DNA of 64,000 nucleotides. Source: an uncultured Gammaproteobacteria bacterium (GTDB lineage: Bacteria > Patescibacteriota > Microgenomatia > UBA12405). Each line of letters opens with the position of its first letter. Positions within the stretch are counted from its first letter, which is position 1. Position numbers and translations under genes: made by a program. Positions 56,138 to 64,000 of this stretch are shown here, in pieces. The notes below the pieces were generated by a model. That model saw only the letters and a list, made by a program, of their open reading frames with translations. It did not search any database and had not been told where the DNA came from. The stretch is from the NCBI GenBank assembly GCA_964503465.1, contig CAZCYZ010000001.1:129702-193701 (forward strand). The letters run 5' to 3'.

Positions 56138-57170
56138 TTAACTCATTTAGTATTTTCCATCGTCTTTTTTTCTCTTTTGGAGGAATGTCATCTTTGTAAA
56201 TTTTTGCCGAAACTGTTCCCCGTCGTGGTGAATATTTATTAATATAAGCAATTTCAAAACCAACTTTTTGGCACAAATCTACCGTATTTTGAAAAGCCGG
56301 TTCATCCTCACCTGGAAAACCAACAATAATATCAGTCGACAATCTTACTCCCTCAATCGCGGTTCTTATTTTGTTGACCAACTTCAAATAATCCTCTCTG
56401 GTGTAACCCCGATTCATCTTTTTAAGTATTTCATTATCCCCGGATTGAATCGGCAGATGAATCAGCCTGTCAATATTCTGGTGTTTGGCTATTACCTGTA
56501 TCAGTTCGTTATCAAAATCCCATGGATTGCTACTAATAAACGATACTTTCCTTAACTTTCTACCGGCCACCTTATCCAGTAAATCAAAAAACTTTCCTTT
56601 TTGCCAAGAATTGACGCTTTGTCCAATCAGCATTACTTCCTCAAAACCTTCTTTTATGGCTTTGTCTACTTCCTCAAGAATTTCTTTTTCACTTCGATAC
56701 ATTTCTCGCCCTCTGGAATAGGGGACTATACAATAGCTACAATAATGGTCACAACCACTACTAATGGGTATCAATGCCGCTCGCTTCTTGTCTCTTATTG
56801 GCCCATCAACCTCAAATTTCTTTATTGGCCACCACTCCACTCCTTCGATTTTTTTCTTTCGCACGGGCACTAAACACCCGGTAATAATTATTCTTTTACT
56901 TTTTATATTGTTAATCAGGCCGTAAACTCTATTTTCTGCCGATTCTCTAATCACACAGGTATTTATCACTACCAGGTCAGCTGTTTTTAAGTCGTCCACC
57001 TCTTCGTACCCCTTTGTCCAAAAGTATGCCCGTATTTTTTCTGAATCAGCTTGGTTTTGAATACAACCAAAAGTTTTAATGTGAAATCTTATAACCTTAT
57101 TCATTCTCGTATTATACCCATTAATTTGACACTGATTTTCAAAAGTGCCATAGTTATTCCATGGATTCAA
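56121..57170 (-). CDS. MiaB/RimO-family radical-SAM methylthiotransferase-like enzyme lacking the C-terminal TRAM domain. Probable start at the internal ATG, 57104.
   Basis: MTTase N-domain cysteines (KTFGC, NTC, GCLV) and the radical SAM CxxxCxxC motif (GCDHYCSYC). Ends about 100 aa short of typical MiaB. Confidence 0.75.
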   Translation of the reverse strand: MNPWNNYGTFENQCQINGYNTRMNKVIRFHIKTFGCIQNQADSEKIRAYFWTKGYEEVDDLKTADLVVINTCVIRESAENRVYGLINNIKSKRIIITGCLVPVRKKKIEGVEWWPIKKFEVDGPIRDKKRAALIPISSGCDHYCSYCIVPYSRGREMYRSEKEILEEVDKAIKEGFEEVMLIGQSVNSWQKGKFFDLLDKVAGRKLRKVSFISSNPWDFDNELIQVIAKHQNIDRLIHLPIQSGDNEILKKMNRGYTREDYLKLVNKIRTAIEGVRLSTDIIVGFPGEDEPAFQNTVDLCQKVGFEIAYINKYSPRRGTVSAKIYKDDIPPKEKKRRWKILNELINVGI

Positions 57171-57721
57171 ATCAACAGTACCAAGATATTCTTGATCAAT
57201 ATCAAAAGACTTTTAGTAATCCGCCTTCACCCTCAGTACCAGCCCCCCCTCAACCACTCGAATCAGTACCTCCATCTCCAGTACCTCCTCCTTCACCTGT
57301 TTTACTTCCACCTGTTTCACCCCCACCCATATCACCGCCACCACAACCGGTTTTACCTCCACCCCCACCTGTTCAAGCCCTGACTAAGCCAAGTAAGGAC
57401 TCAACTATTTTCTTTAAAATTTTGTTTATCCTTTCCTTTCTTCTATTTTTAGGAGTTGCTGCTGCCGTTGTTTATAATCTCCTAAGCCAACAATTGGGGT
57501 CAAACCCTCTTCCTATCAAAAAAATTACTACCACCCCATCGGAAACGCCCACTCAAGCAGTTTCTTTTTGCGAACTCAACGATCAACGTTACCAAGTCGG
57601 TCAATCATTTCCCGCCGCCGATGGCTGCAATACCTGTACTTGTCTTGAGGACTTAACTATTAGTTGCACCGAACTTTCTTGTGACATTACTCCTGCAGTT
57701 TCTCCGGTAAATGGATCATAA
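57161..57721 (+). CDS. Proline-rich bitopic membrane protein with a Cys-rich extracytoplasmic C-terminal module.
   Basis: PSPSVPAPPQPLESVPPSPVPPPSPVLLPP..., a TM segment, then CELNDQ...CNTCTCLEDLTISCTELSCD. Confidence 0.45.
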   Translation: MDSNQQYQDILDQYQKTFSNPPSPSVPAPPQPLESVPPSPVPPPSPVLLPPVSPPPISPPPQPVLPPPPPVQALTKPSKDSTIFFKILFILSFLLFLGVAAAVVYNLLSQQLGSNPLPIKKITTTPSETPTQAVSFCELNDQRYQVGQSFPAADGCNTCTCLEDLTISCTELSCDITPAVSPVNGS

Positions 57722-59633
57722 CCGTCCCCGAATAATTATTTTTCTTTTTGTACTTATTGCCATTATTTTTGTCGATATTTTATTGGTCATTTATCGTCGG
57801 CAGTCCCCTCCTGCCCCAACATCCCCCGATCTCACCTCCACTTGGAAGACCTACGAGAACAAAGAATACGGATTCTCGCTTGAGTATCCGGGTCAGTATG
57901 GTCTTAAGTCGGACACGACCAACAATCTAACCAATATTGTATCCTCCGACTACCGCGACGACTCCTACGACTCCGAACCTGGTGCGGCATATCAATACGC
58001 CTCAGCAATGTTCGGAATATCAGTTGAAGATCGTGCTTGCACTCCGCCGTCCGTAGACACATCTAACCCATCTTCGGCAAAAACCACCATCGTTTCAACC
58101 AAGGATGTTGCAACAGGTGTTGTGTACGGATTTCAAAGTTACCCAGATAACTACAGTTTGTTCCAGGCTAGAATGTTCAATAACAAGTGCCTAGTTATTT
58201 CTTGTTTATCTTCAACCAAAGGTTGTTTGGAAAATGAAGTCAGTGAGGAATTTAACCAAATCCTTTCTACTCTTCAGTTTGCTGATCCTGCCTCTACCTG
58301 GAAAACATACGAAAACAAAAAATATGGTTTTTCTTTGCAGTATCCAAGTACATGGACTGTGGAAGAAAGTACAAATTCATCCCCCTCGGTCTCCTTCAAC
58401 CCTCATATAGATTCTCCCCACCTGGCCGGCCCAATAGAACCAAAAGCAGTCCCGTATGAATTAACAATTGATAAAACCAATGATAATTTTGACAAGTGGA
58501 AACAAAGGAATAATTTTCTCCCTGATATAAAGTTTTCCGTCCTGAAGATAAATAACTTGAATTTATATATTACCCGAGATCTACCGGATATGTTTGGTAA
58601 TTATGATGTCTTTGTAGATTATCCGGATGGCAGTGGTTTATTGAGATTTACTTTGTTTCCCGTCGAGGATGATCAGGAGTTAGATAACAAAATAATATCT
58701 ACTTTTAACCAAATTCTCTCCACTTTTAAATTTCTTGACACCCCCGATCTCACCTCCACTTGGAAGACATACGAGAACAAAGAACTTGGAATTAGTTTGA
58801 AGTATCCGTCGTCTTGGTACCCAGAAGGTAATTTCTTAATGCACGAAACCTGCAAAGCAAACACTAGCTGCCTGACATTGTCATTCAGTTTGACACCAAA
58901 ATCACTTCAACAATTAACCTCCGAGATTGCCATTAATGATGGTGCAGTCGACAATACCGACACCAAACCTACCCCGGTTATGGTCAACAACTTGTCTGGT
59001 TTCGAGCTTGTATACGGTGATGCCATGGGCTTAGGTAACCGAAAAATATATCTTAGTCGTCTCAACCAAAATCTTTTGATCGAACACATTATTCATGAAT
59101 CGAATCTAAAATCACAAATTAACCAAATCCTAGCCACTCTCGTCTTTAATCCCCTCGACTCTACCTCCACCTGGAAAACCTACGAAAATAAAGAGTACAA
59201 CTTTACTTTCAAATACCCGGCTACACTTAAGTTAGAACAAAATTATAATTCCCAAGATCACAAGAATTATTACGTTTCCCTTAGTAACTACAGTGAAGAC
59301 CAAACCCAGATACTACATGTATCTGAGAACTACATAAAGATCGAATTTATCACCGAAGATCTCTCCTCTGTTTCTAACATTTCTGAATTTGCCAACGACC
59401 CCAACATATTTTTACGCCACGTCAAAGACCAGCACCTTTCTGGCAATGATCCAACTAGTGCACAATCCCAAGTCATCGGCGGCCATAACTGTTGGTATAT
59501 CAAAGGGTCAGACACATCAGTTCATTGCTTTGATTCAGTTCATAAGAGGGAGTTCATCATTAGTAGAGGCATCCCCACTATTGCTTCACTGTCCGTTTTT
59601 GATCAAATTTTATCAACTCTAAAATTCCTTTAA
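57711..59633 (+). CDS. N-terminally anchored protein built from four tandem repeats of about 150 aa.
   Basis: Each repeat runs from [ST]TWKTYENKEYGFSL.YP to NQILSTLKFL. Repeat starts are near-identical at the DNA level (57832 vs 58749). Confidence 0.6.
   Translation: MDHNRPRIIIFLFVLIAIIFVDILLVIYRRQSPPAPTSPDLTSTWKTYENKEYGFSLEYPGQYGLKSDTTNNLTNIVSSDYRDDSYDSEPGAAYQYASAMFGISVEDRACTPPSVDTSNPSSAKTTIVSTKDVATGVVYGFQSYPDNYSLFQARMFNNKCLVISCLSSTKGCLENEVSEEFNQILSTLQFADPASTWKTYENKKYGFSLQYPSTWTVEESTNSSPSVSFNPHIDSPHLAGPIEPKAVPYELTIDKTNDNFDKWKQRNNFLPDIKFSVLKINNLNLYITRDLPDMFGNYDVFVDYPDGSGLLRFTLFPVEDDQELDNKIISTFNQILSTFKFLDTPDLTSTWKTYENKELGISLKYPSSWYPEGNFLMHETCKANTSCLTLSFSLTPKSLQQLTSEIAINDGAVDNTDTKPTPVMVNNLSGFELVYGDAMGLGNRKIYLSRLNQNLLIEHIIHESNLKSQINQILATLVFNPLDSTSTWKTYENKEYNFTFKYPATLKLEQNYNSQDHKNYYVSLSNYSEDQTQILHVSENYIKIEFITEDLSSVSNISEFANDPNIFLRHVKDQHLSGNDPTSAQSQVIGGHNCWYIKGSDTSVHCFDSVHKREFIISRGIPTIASLSVFDQILSTLKFL
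57829..59230 (+). repeat. Intragenic tandem repeats (four copies) encoding the TWKTYENKEYGFS...NQILSTLKF module.
   Basis: DNA segments at about 57832, 58290, 58749 and 59161 share cacctccacttggaaga(c/a)(c/a)tacgagaacaaagaa... with few substitutions. Confidence 0.6.
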
Positions 59634-59642
59634 TCTCCCCCA

Positions 59643-59671
59643 TTGACCCATACCTAACTTGTATATATAAT
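59643..59671 (+). promoter_or_regulatory. Strong sigma70-like promoter for rpoBC.
   Basis: TTGACC (59643-59648), 17-nt spacer, TATAAT (59666-59671). A leader of about 60 nt with a small GC hairpin (GGGC..GCCC) plus a T-run. Confidence 0.5.
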
Positions 59672-59733
59672 ACCCAACATCGTCAGAGGTGGGCGTCCTG
59701 GGCCCTTTTATTAAACAAAATTCAAAAAACTCG

Positions 59734-62700
59734 ATGGGTTCCGCAAAAAGAATTAACTGGGGTAAAAAATACCCCAATCTTCCCGCGCTTGATTTAGTTA
59801 AGGTCCAAAAAGAATCTTGGAATCAACTGCTCCACCAGGAACTTGCTCAAACAATTTGTTCTATTTCACCAATTTCTGACTACACTGGTAACAACTGGGA
59901 ATTAACTCTTGGTGACCTTTCCTACGAACCAATCACTATTACTCCTGACATCGCCAAGAAAAAAGGTCTCAACTATACCGTTCCGGTCCGTGTCAAGGCC
60001 ACTCTTACCAACAAACGTACTGGTCATGTTGCGCAAGAAAATGTCTTTTTCCTAAACCTTCCCACCATGACCGAAGAAGGTACCTTTATTGTTAACGGTA
60101 TCGAAAGAGGTGTTATCAATCAATTAGTTCGATCTCCCGGAGTCTACTTTACCGCTCAAGCTGATCCTGCCACTGGTAAAAGTCTTTACAATGCCGAGAT
60201 TCGCCCCGTCCGTGGTTCATGGCTTGAATTTTTTATTGGCAAAAAAGATGTTATTTTTGCCCGTATCGATAGGAAGAAAAAATTTCCCGCCAGTATAATT
60301 CTTCGAGCCGCTTGCCAATTCTCCGACAAACAATTTGTTGACGAATTTTCCGATTATATTAATCACACTCTTCAGGCCGATGTAACCAAGAACAGCGAGG
60401 AGGCTATTATGGAGTTTTATCGCAAACTTCGACCCGGTGAGCCAGTGATTTTGGAAAACGCCCAAAAATTTTTTGAAGAAAGATTTTTTGACCTTCGCAC
60501 TTATGAGCTCGGTAATGTCGGTCGTTACAAAATCAACAAAAAATTCTCTTTCCGTTTCTCCGATGAAGATAAGTCCAACTGGGTTCTCAAAAAAGAAGAT
60601 CTTATCGCCACGGTCAAATATTTAATTCAACTTCAAAAAGGCGAAGTTAATCGTCTCGACGATATTGACAGTCTCGGGAATCGTCGTCTTCGTCGTTGTG
60701 GCGAAATTGTTTCCCAGGTTGCTATCCGTCCCGCTCTTATTCGCTTCGAGCGGATGATTAAGGAACGAATGAGTTTGATTTCCACCAAAGAAAAACCCAC
60801 CCCGAGCCAAATGATTAATCCCCAGCCATTAATTTCCTCCCTCAATACTTTCTTTAGAAGCAATCAACTTTCAGCTATTTTGGACCAGACCAATCCTCTC
60901 TCTGAAGTCGATCTTTTGCGTCGAGTCACCGTAGTTGGTATCGGAGGCTTAACTCGCGAAAGAGCCGCCTTTTCCATTCGTGACGTTCATTCGTCTCAAT
61001 ATGGTCGTATTTGTACTGTTCGTTCTCCCGAAGGTCCCAACATCGGTTTGGTTACTTATCTTGCTCTTTATGCTCAAGTTAATAAGTATGGTTTTATCGA
61101 AGCACCCTTCCGCCCTGTTGAAAAAGTAGGCAAGCACTATCGAATCGCTGACAAGTTTGTCTATCTCGACGCCGATGATGAGTTTGATAAACACATTACT
61201 CACTTAGCTATCAAAATTAACGACGAAGGTGTTATTGAGCAAGAATGGATCCCGATTCGTTATCAGGGTGAATTTATCGAAGGTCCAGTTGAATTAGTTG
61301 AGTTTATTGACCTTGTCCCCCGGCAAATAGTTGGGTCATCTGCCTCTCTAATTCCTTTTGTCGATCACGACGACGCTACCCGGGCTCTTATGGGCAGCCA
61401 CATGCAGACTCAGGCTGTACCTTTGGTCAAACCAGAGACCCCAATTGTCGGTACCGGTATGGAGTCCCATATCGCTTCTGCCATGAAAAGAAGTATTACC
61501 GCCAACCACGGTGGCAAAGTCACTTATGTTGATGCTCAAAAAGTCATAATTACTCTGAACAAGAAGGTTGATCCCCAAGATGTTCACGACCATAGCGAAA
61601 TTAGTAAAGACGGCAAACTCCAAACTTATCATCTAACCAAGTTTGAGCGCACCTCTCCATATGGTACTTGTTACAACCAACGAGTTGTTGTTAATGTTGG
61701 TGACACCGTTAAGGAAGGGGATCTTCTTATTGATGGTCCTTCCACCGAGAATGGCGAATTATCTCTTGGTCGTAATCTTTTGGTTGCCTACGCCTCCATT
61801 GATGGTCTCTCATATGAAGATTCTTTCTTGATTTCCGATCGCTTAGTCAAGGAAGATGTTCTCACCAACATTCAAATTTACGAATACCCCGCCAATGTTG
61901 TCGAAACCAAGCTGGGTAGTGAGGAATTAACCAAAGATATTCCCAATGTTTCCGAGAATGAACTCGCCAAACTAACCGATGATGGGATTGTTATGATTGG
62001 AGCCATTGTTGGTCCAAATGACATTTTGGTAGGTAAAGTTGAGCCTCGTGGTGAAAAAGAACTTACCGCTGAAGAAAGATTGCTTCGTGCTATTTTTGGC
62101 GAGAAAGCTCGTGAAGTTAAGGACACTTCACTTCGTGTCCCCAATGGTGAAGGCGGAGTCGTCATCAAAGTCGATGTCCTCGATAAGGACAAGGGTGACG
62201 AACTTGATCCAGGTGTTAATAAGGTTGTCAAAGTTTACGTTGCTCAAATCCGTCGGATTCAGGAGGGTGACAAAATTGCTGGACGACACGGGAACAAAGG
62301 TGTTGTTTGCCGTATTATGCCCGAATATGACATGCCACATCTGGCTGATGGTACCCCGGTAGATTTAGTTATTTCACCTCTTTCTGTTATTGCTCGTATG
62401 AACTTGGGCCAAATTCTTGAAACCACTCTCGGTTTGGCTGGTCATTCTCTCTCCCGTCAATACGCTGTTCCGGTATTTGATAAGTATTCCGAGGATCAAA
62501 TTGCCAAAGAACTCCAACAAGCAGGTTTAGACACTATCGGCAAAACTCAATTGTATGATGGCCGAACCGGTGAACCATACGATCAAAAGTCCGTTGTTGG
62601 TGTCAGCTACATTCTCAAATTGGTTCACATGGTTGACGACAAGGTTCATGCCCGTTCAACTGGGCCTTATTCTCTCGTTACCCAACAACCACTGGGCGGT

Positions 62701-63015
62701 AAAGCCCGCATGGGTGGTCAACGTTTGGGCGAAATGGAGGTTTGGGCTCTGGAAGCTCATCGAGCTGCCCATACTCTCCAGGAAATGCTCACCCTCAAGT
62801 CAGACGATATCGAGGGTCGTACTCGTGCCTTTCAATCAATTATCAAAGGTCTCCCCATTCCCGAACCCGATATTCCCGAGTCATTTAAGGTTCTTACCAA
62901 AGAGTTAGCTGGTTTGGGCATTGATATTTCTCCGGTCGGATTTTCACCAAAAGTTGACGAAGTTATTCCTAGTCAACCGTTAGCAGATTTAGATACCACT
63001 CAAAAAAATGACTGA
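59734..63015 (+). CDS. rpoB: DNA-directed RNA polymerase subunit beta.
   Basis: RpoB-wide conserved blocks (..GKAR(M)[15 protein letters not shown].., NIGLV, etc.). Preferred start is ATG 59734, inside the longer GTG-initiated track ORF. Confidence 0.95.
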   Translation: MGSAKRINWGKKYPNLPALDLVKVQKESWNQLLHQELAQTICSISPISDYTGNNWELTLGDLSYEPITITPDIAKKKGLNYTVPVRVKATLTNKRTGHVAQENVFFLNLPTMTEEGTFIVNGIERGVINQLVRSPGVYFTAQADPATGKSLYNAEIRPVRGSWLEFFIGKKDVIFARIDRKKKFPASIILRAACQFSDKQFVDEFSDYINHTLQADVTKNSEEAIMEFYRKLRPGEPVILENAQKFFEERFFDLRTYELGNVGRYKINKKFSFRFSDEDKSNWVLKKEDLIATVKYLIQLQKGEVNRLDDIDSLGNRRLRRCGEIVSQVAIRPALIRFERMIKERMSLISTKEKPTPSQMINPQPLISSLNTFFRSNQLSAILDQTNPLSEVDLLRRVTVVGIGGLTRERAAFSIRDVHSSQYGRICTVRSPEGPNIGLVTYLALYAQVNKYGFIEAPFRPVEKVGKHYRIADKFVYLDADDEFDKHITHLAIKINDEGVIEQEWIPIRYQGEFIEGPVELVEFIDLVPRQIVGSSASLIPFVDHDDATRALMGSHMQTQAVPLVKPETPIVGTGMESHIASAMKRSITANHGGKVTYVDAQKVIITLNKKVDPQDVHDHSEISKDGKLQTYHLTKFERTSPYGTCYNQRVVVNVGDTVKEGDLLIDGPSTENGELSLGRNLLVAYASIDGLSYEDSFLISDRLVKEDVLTNIQIYEYPANVVETKLGSEELTKDIPNVSENELAKLTDDGIVMIGAIVGPNDILVGKVEPRGEKELTAEERLLRAIFGEKAREVKDTSLRVPNGEGGVVIKVDVLDKDKGDELDPGVNKVVKVYVAQIRRIQEGDKIAGRHGNKGVVCRIMPEYDMPHLADGTPVDLVISPLSVIARMNLGQILETTLGLAGHSLSRQYAVPVFDKYSEDQIAKELQQAGLDTIGKTQLYDGRTGEPYDQKSVVGVSYILKLVHMVDDKVHARSTGPYSLVTQQPLGGKARMGGQRLGEMEVWALEAHRAAHTLQEMLTLKSDDIEGRTRAFQSIIKGLPIPEPDIPESFKVLTKELAGLGIDISPVGFSPKVDEVIPSQPLADLDTTQKND

Positions 63016-64000
63016 TTTTACCGGACTTCGTATTAAACTTGCCTCACCTGAAGAGATCCTCAAATGGTCGCACGGTGAAGTCACCAAGCCTGAAACTATC
63101 AATTATCGTAGCTGGCGTCCCGAGAAAGATGGGCTTTTCTGCGAAAAAATCTTTGGGCCAAGTCGTGACTACGAATGTTATTGTGGTAAGTACAAAAAAA
63201 TTAGATTTAAGGGTGTTATTTGTGATAAATGTGGAGTTGAAGTCACCACCTCCAAAGTCCGACGCGAACGTATGGGTCACATCTCTCTGGCTGCTCCAGT
63301 CACTCATCTCTGGTACCTTCGCAACACTCCATCACCCATTAGCGTCATCCTCGATATTCCTCAAAAAGATCTTGAGTCAGTTGTTTACTTTACCAAATAT
63401 CTTGTTACTTCAGTCGATAACGACAAAAGAAAAGAGGCCCTCGACAATCTACATCAGTTAAGTCGCCAAAGAGTCGAGCAAATCGATGTCGATACTAAAC
63501 GAGCCATCGATTCGTCCACCAAACAAGCTCAAGAGGACAAAAAAGTACTCAAAACCAAAATCAAAAATCCAGACCAACTTCTTATTGCCCAAAAAGAACG
63601 CGATGTCCGCCTCAAGCAGGATGTTCAAAAGATCGAAAACAAAGCTCAAACTGAAAAATCTCGAATTGAAAGCTTGATTAAGTTTCTCGAGGATAAGATT
63701 CGTTCCTTGGATACCCTAACTGTTATTGGAGACGAAGAAAGTTTTTATTTAGCCCAGTTTAAGGCCGACATCTTCTTCCAATCCAAAATGGGCGCCGAGG
63801 CTGTCTATGAAGTTCTCAAGAAAATTGATCTCCCTGAAACTGTTAAGAATCTTAAAAAAGAGCTTGCTAAGACCAGTAGCCGTCTTCGTAAGAAGAAAAT
63901 CATGTACAAAATCCGCATTATCAACGGCATGATCGAAAATGAAATCCGTCCCGAATGGATGGTTATGACCAATGTTCCAGTTGTCCCACCAGATCTTCGA
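63008..64000 (+). CDS. rpoC: DNA-directed RNA polymerase subunit beta' (5' part, runs off the window).
   Basis: My own translation from ATG 63008: [25 protein letters not shown]...CEKIFGP...[25 protein letters not shown] (the zinc-binding N-terminus of RpoC). Overlaps the rpoB stop by 8 nt. Absent from the ORF track because no stop lies inside the window. Confidence 0.9.
   Translation, partial: MTDFTGLRIKLASPEEILKWSHGEVTKPETINYRSWRPEKDGLFCEKIFGPSRDYECYCGKYKKIRFKGVICDKCGVEVTTSKVRRERMGHISLAAPVTHLWYLRNTPSPISVILDIPQKDLESVVYFTKYLVTSVDNDKRKEALDNLHQLSRQRVEQIDVDTKRAIDSSTKQAQEDKKVLKTKIKNPDQLLIAQKERDVRLKQDVQKIENKAQTEKSRIESLIKFLEDKIRSLDTLTVIGDEESFYLAQFKADIFFQSKMGAEAVYEVLKKIDLPETVKNLKKELAKTSSRLRKKKIMYKIRIINGMIENEIRPEWMVMTNVPVVPPDLR

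Noticed and set aside
1-64000. Search for tRNA, rRNA, tmRNA/RNase P and CRISPR arrays.
   Set aside because: No cloverleaf-compatible GC-rich about 75-nt islands were seen. No long non-coding GC-rich stretches apart from the protein-coding foreign insert. No regularly spaced direct repeats with spacers. Intergenic space is minimal throughout.

Overview
This 64 kb window looks like a small, AT-rich, gene-dense bacterial genome. Genes are almost all on the + strand, and many overlap by 4 or 8 nt. Conserved Gram-positive-like neighbourhoods (hrcA-grpE-dnaK-dnaJ, nusA-infB, rpsO-pnp, alaS-ruvX-mltG, rpoB-rpoC), reduced domain architectures, FemAB, a sortase and an archaeal-type ProRS fit a Patescibacteria/CPR-like or other reduced Terrabacteria lineage. 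I cannot confirm the lineage without a search.

Main contents:
- An envelope-glycan cluster: a UbiA prenyltransferase of the decaprenyl-phosphate phosphoribosyltransferase type, three or four GT-C membrane glycosyltransferases, a PAP2 phosphatase, a DUF362 protein and a YYY/DUF2298 protein.
- A UvrD/PcrA helicase, a FemAB transferase, and gatC-gatA-[DUF362 + small ORF]-gatB with the two extra genes translationally coupled inside the operon.
- A second UvrD helicase fused to a C-terminal PD-(D/E)xK nuclease, a GDP-mannose-3,5-epimerase-like epimerase, and a 1467-aa secreted repeat protein.
- rmuC, then hrcA-grpE-dnaK-dnaJ with a CIRCE operator overlapping a sigma70-like promoter at the hrcA start codon.
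- nusA, infB, rpsO, pnp, a stand-alone Lon-like AAA+ module without a protease domain, and RNase J.
- A C-terminally membrane-anchored class III nucleotidyl cyclase, a SIMPL protein, and a T-box riboswitch upstream of archaeal-type proS.
- ftsK, a RodZ-like protein, a short alaS, a sortase, ruvX, mltG, a TRAM-less MiaB-like radical SAM enzyme, a membrane protein made of four tandem repeats, and rpoB plus the 5' part of rpoC.

No rRNA, tRNA or CRISPR array was found. Two compositionally atypical (GC/Arg-rich) minus-strand genes, 17712-18443 and 43072-43476, stand out as likely acquired. They may be paralogs. One carries a PD-(D/E)xK-like motif, and the other is coupled to the cyclase.
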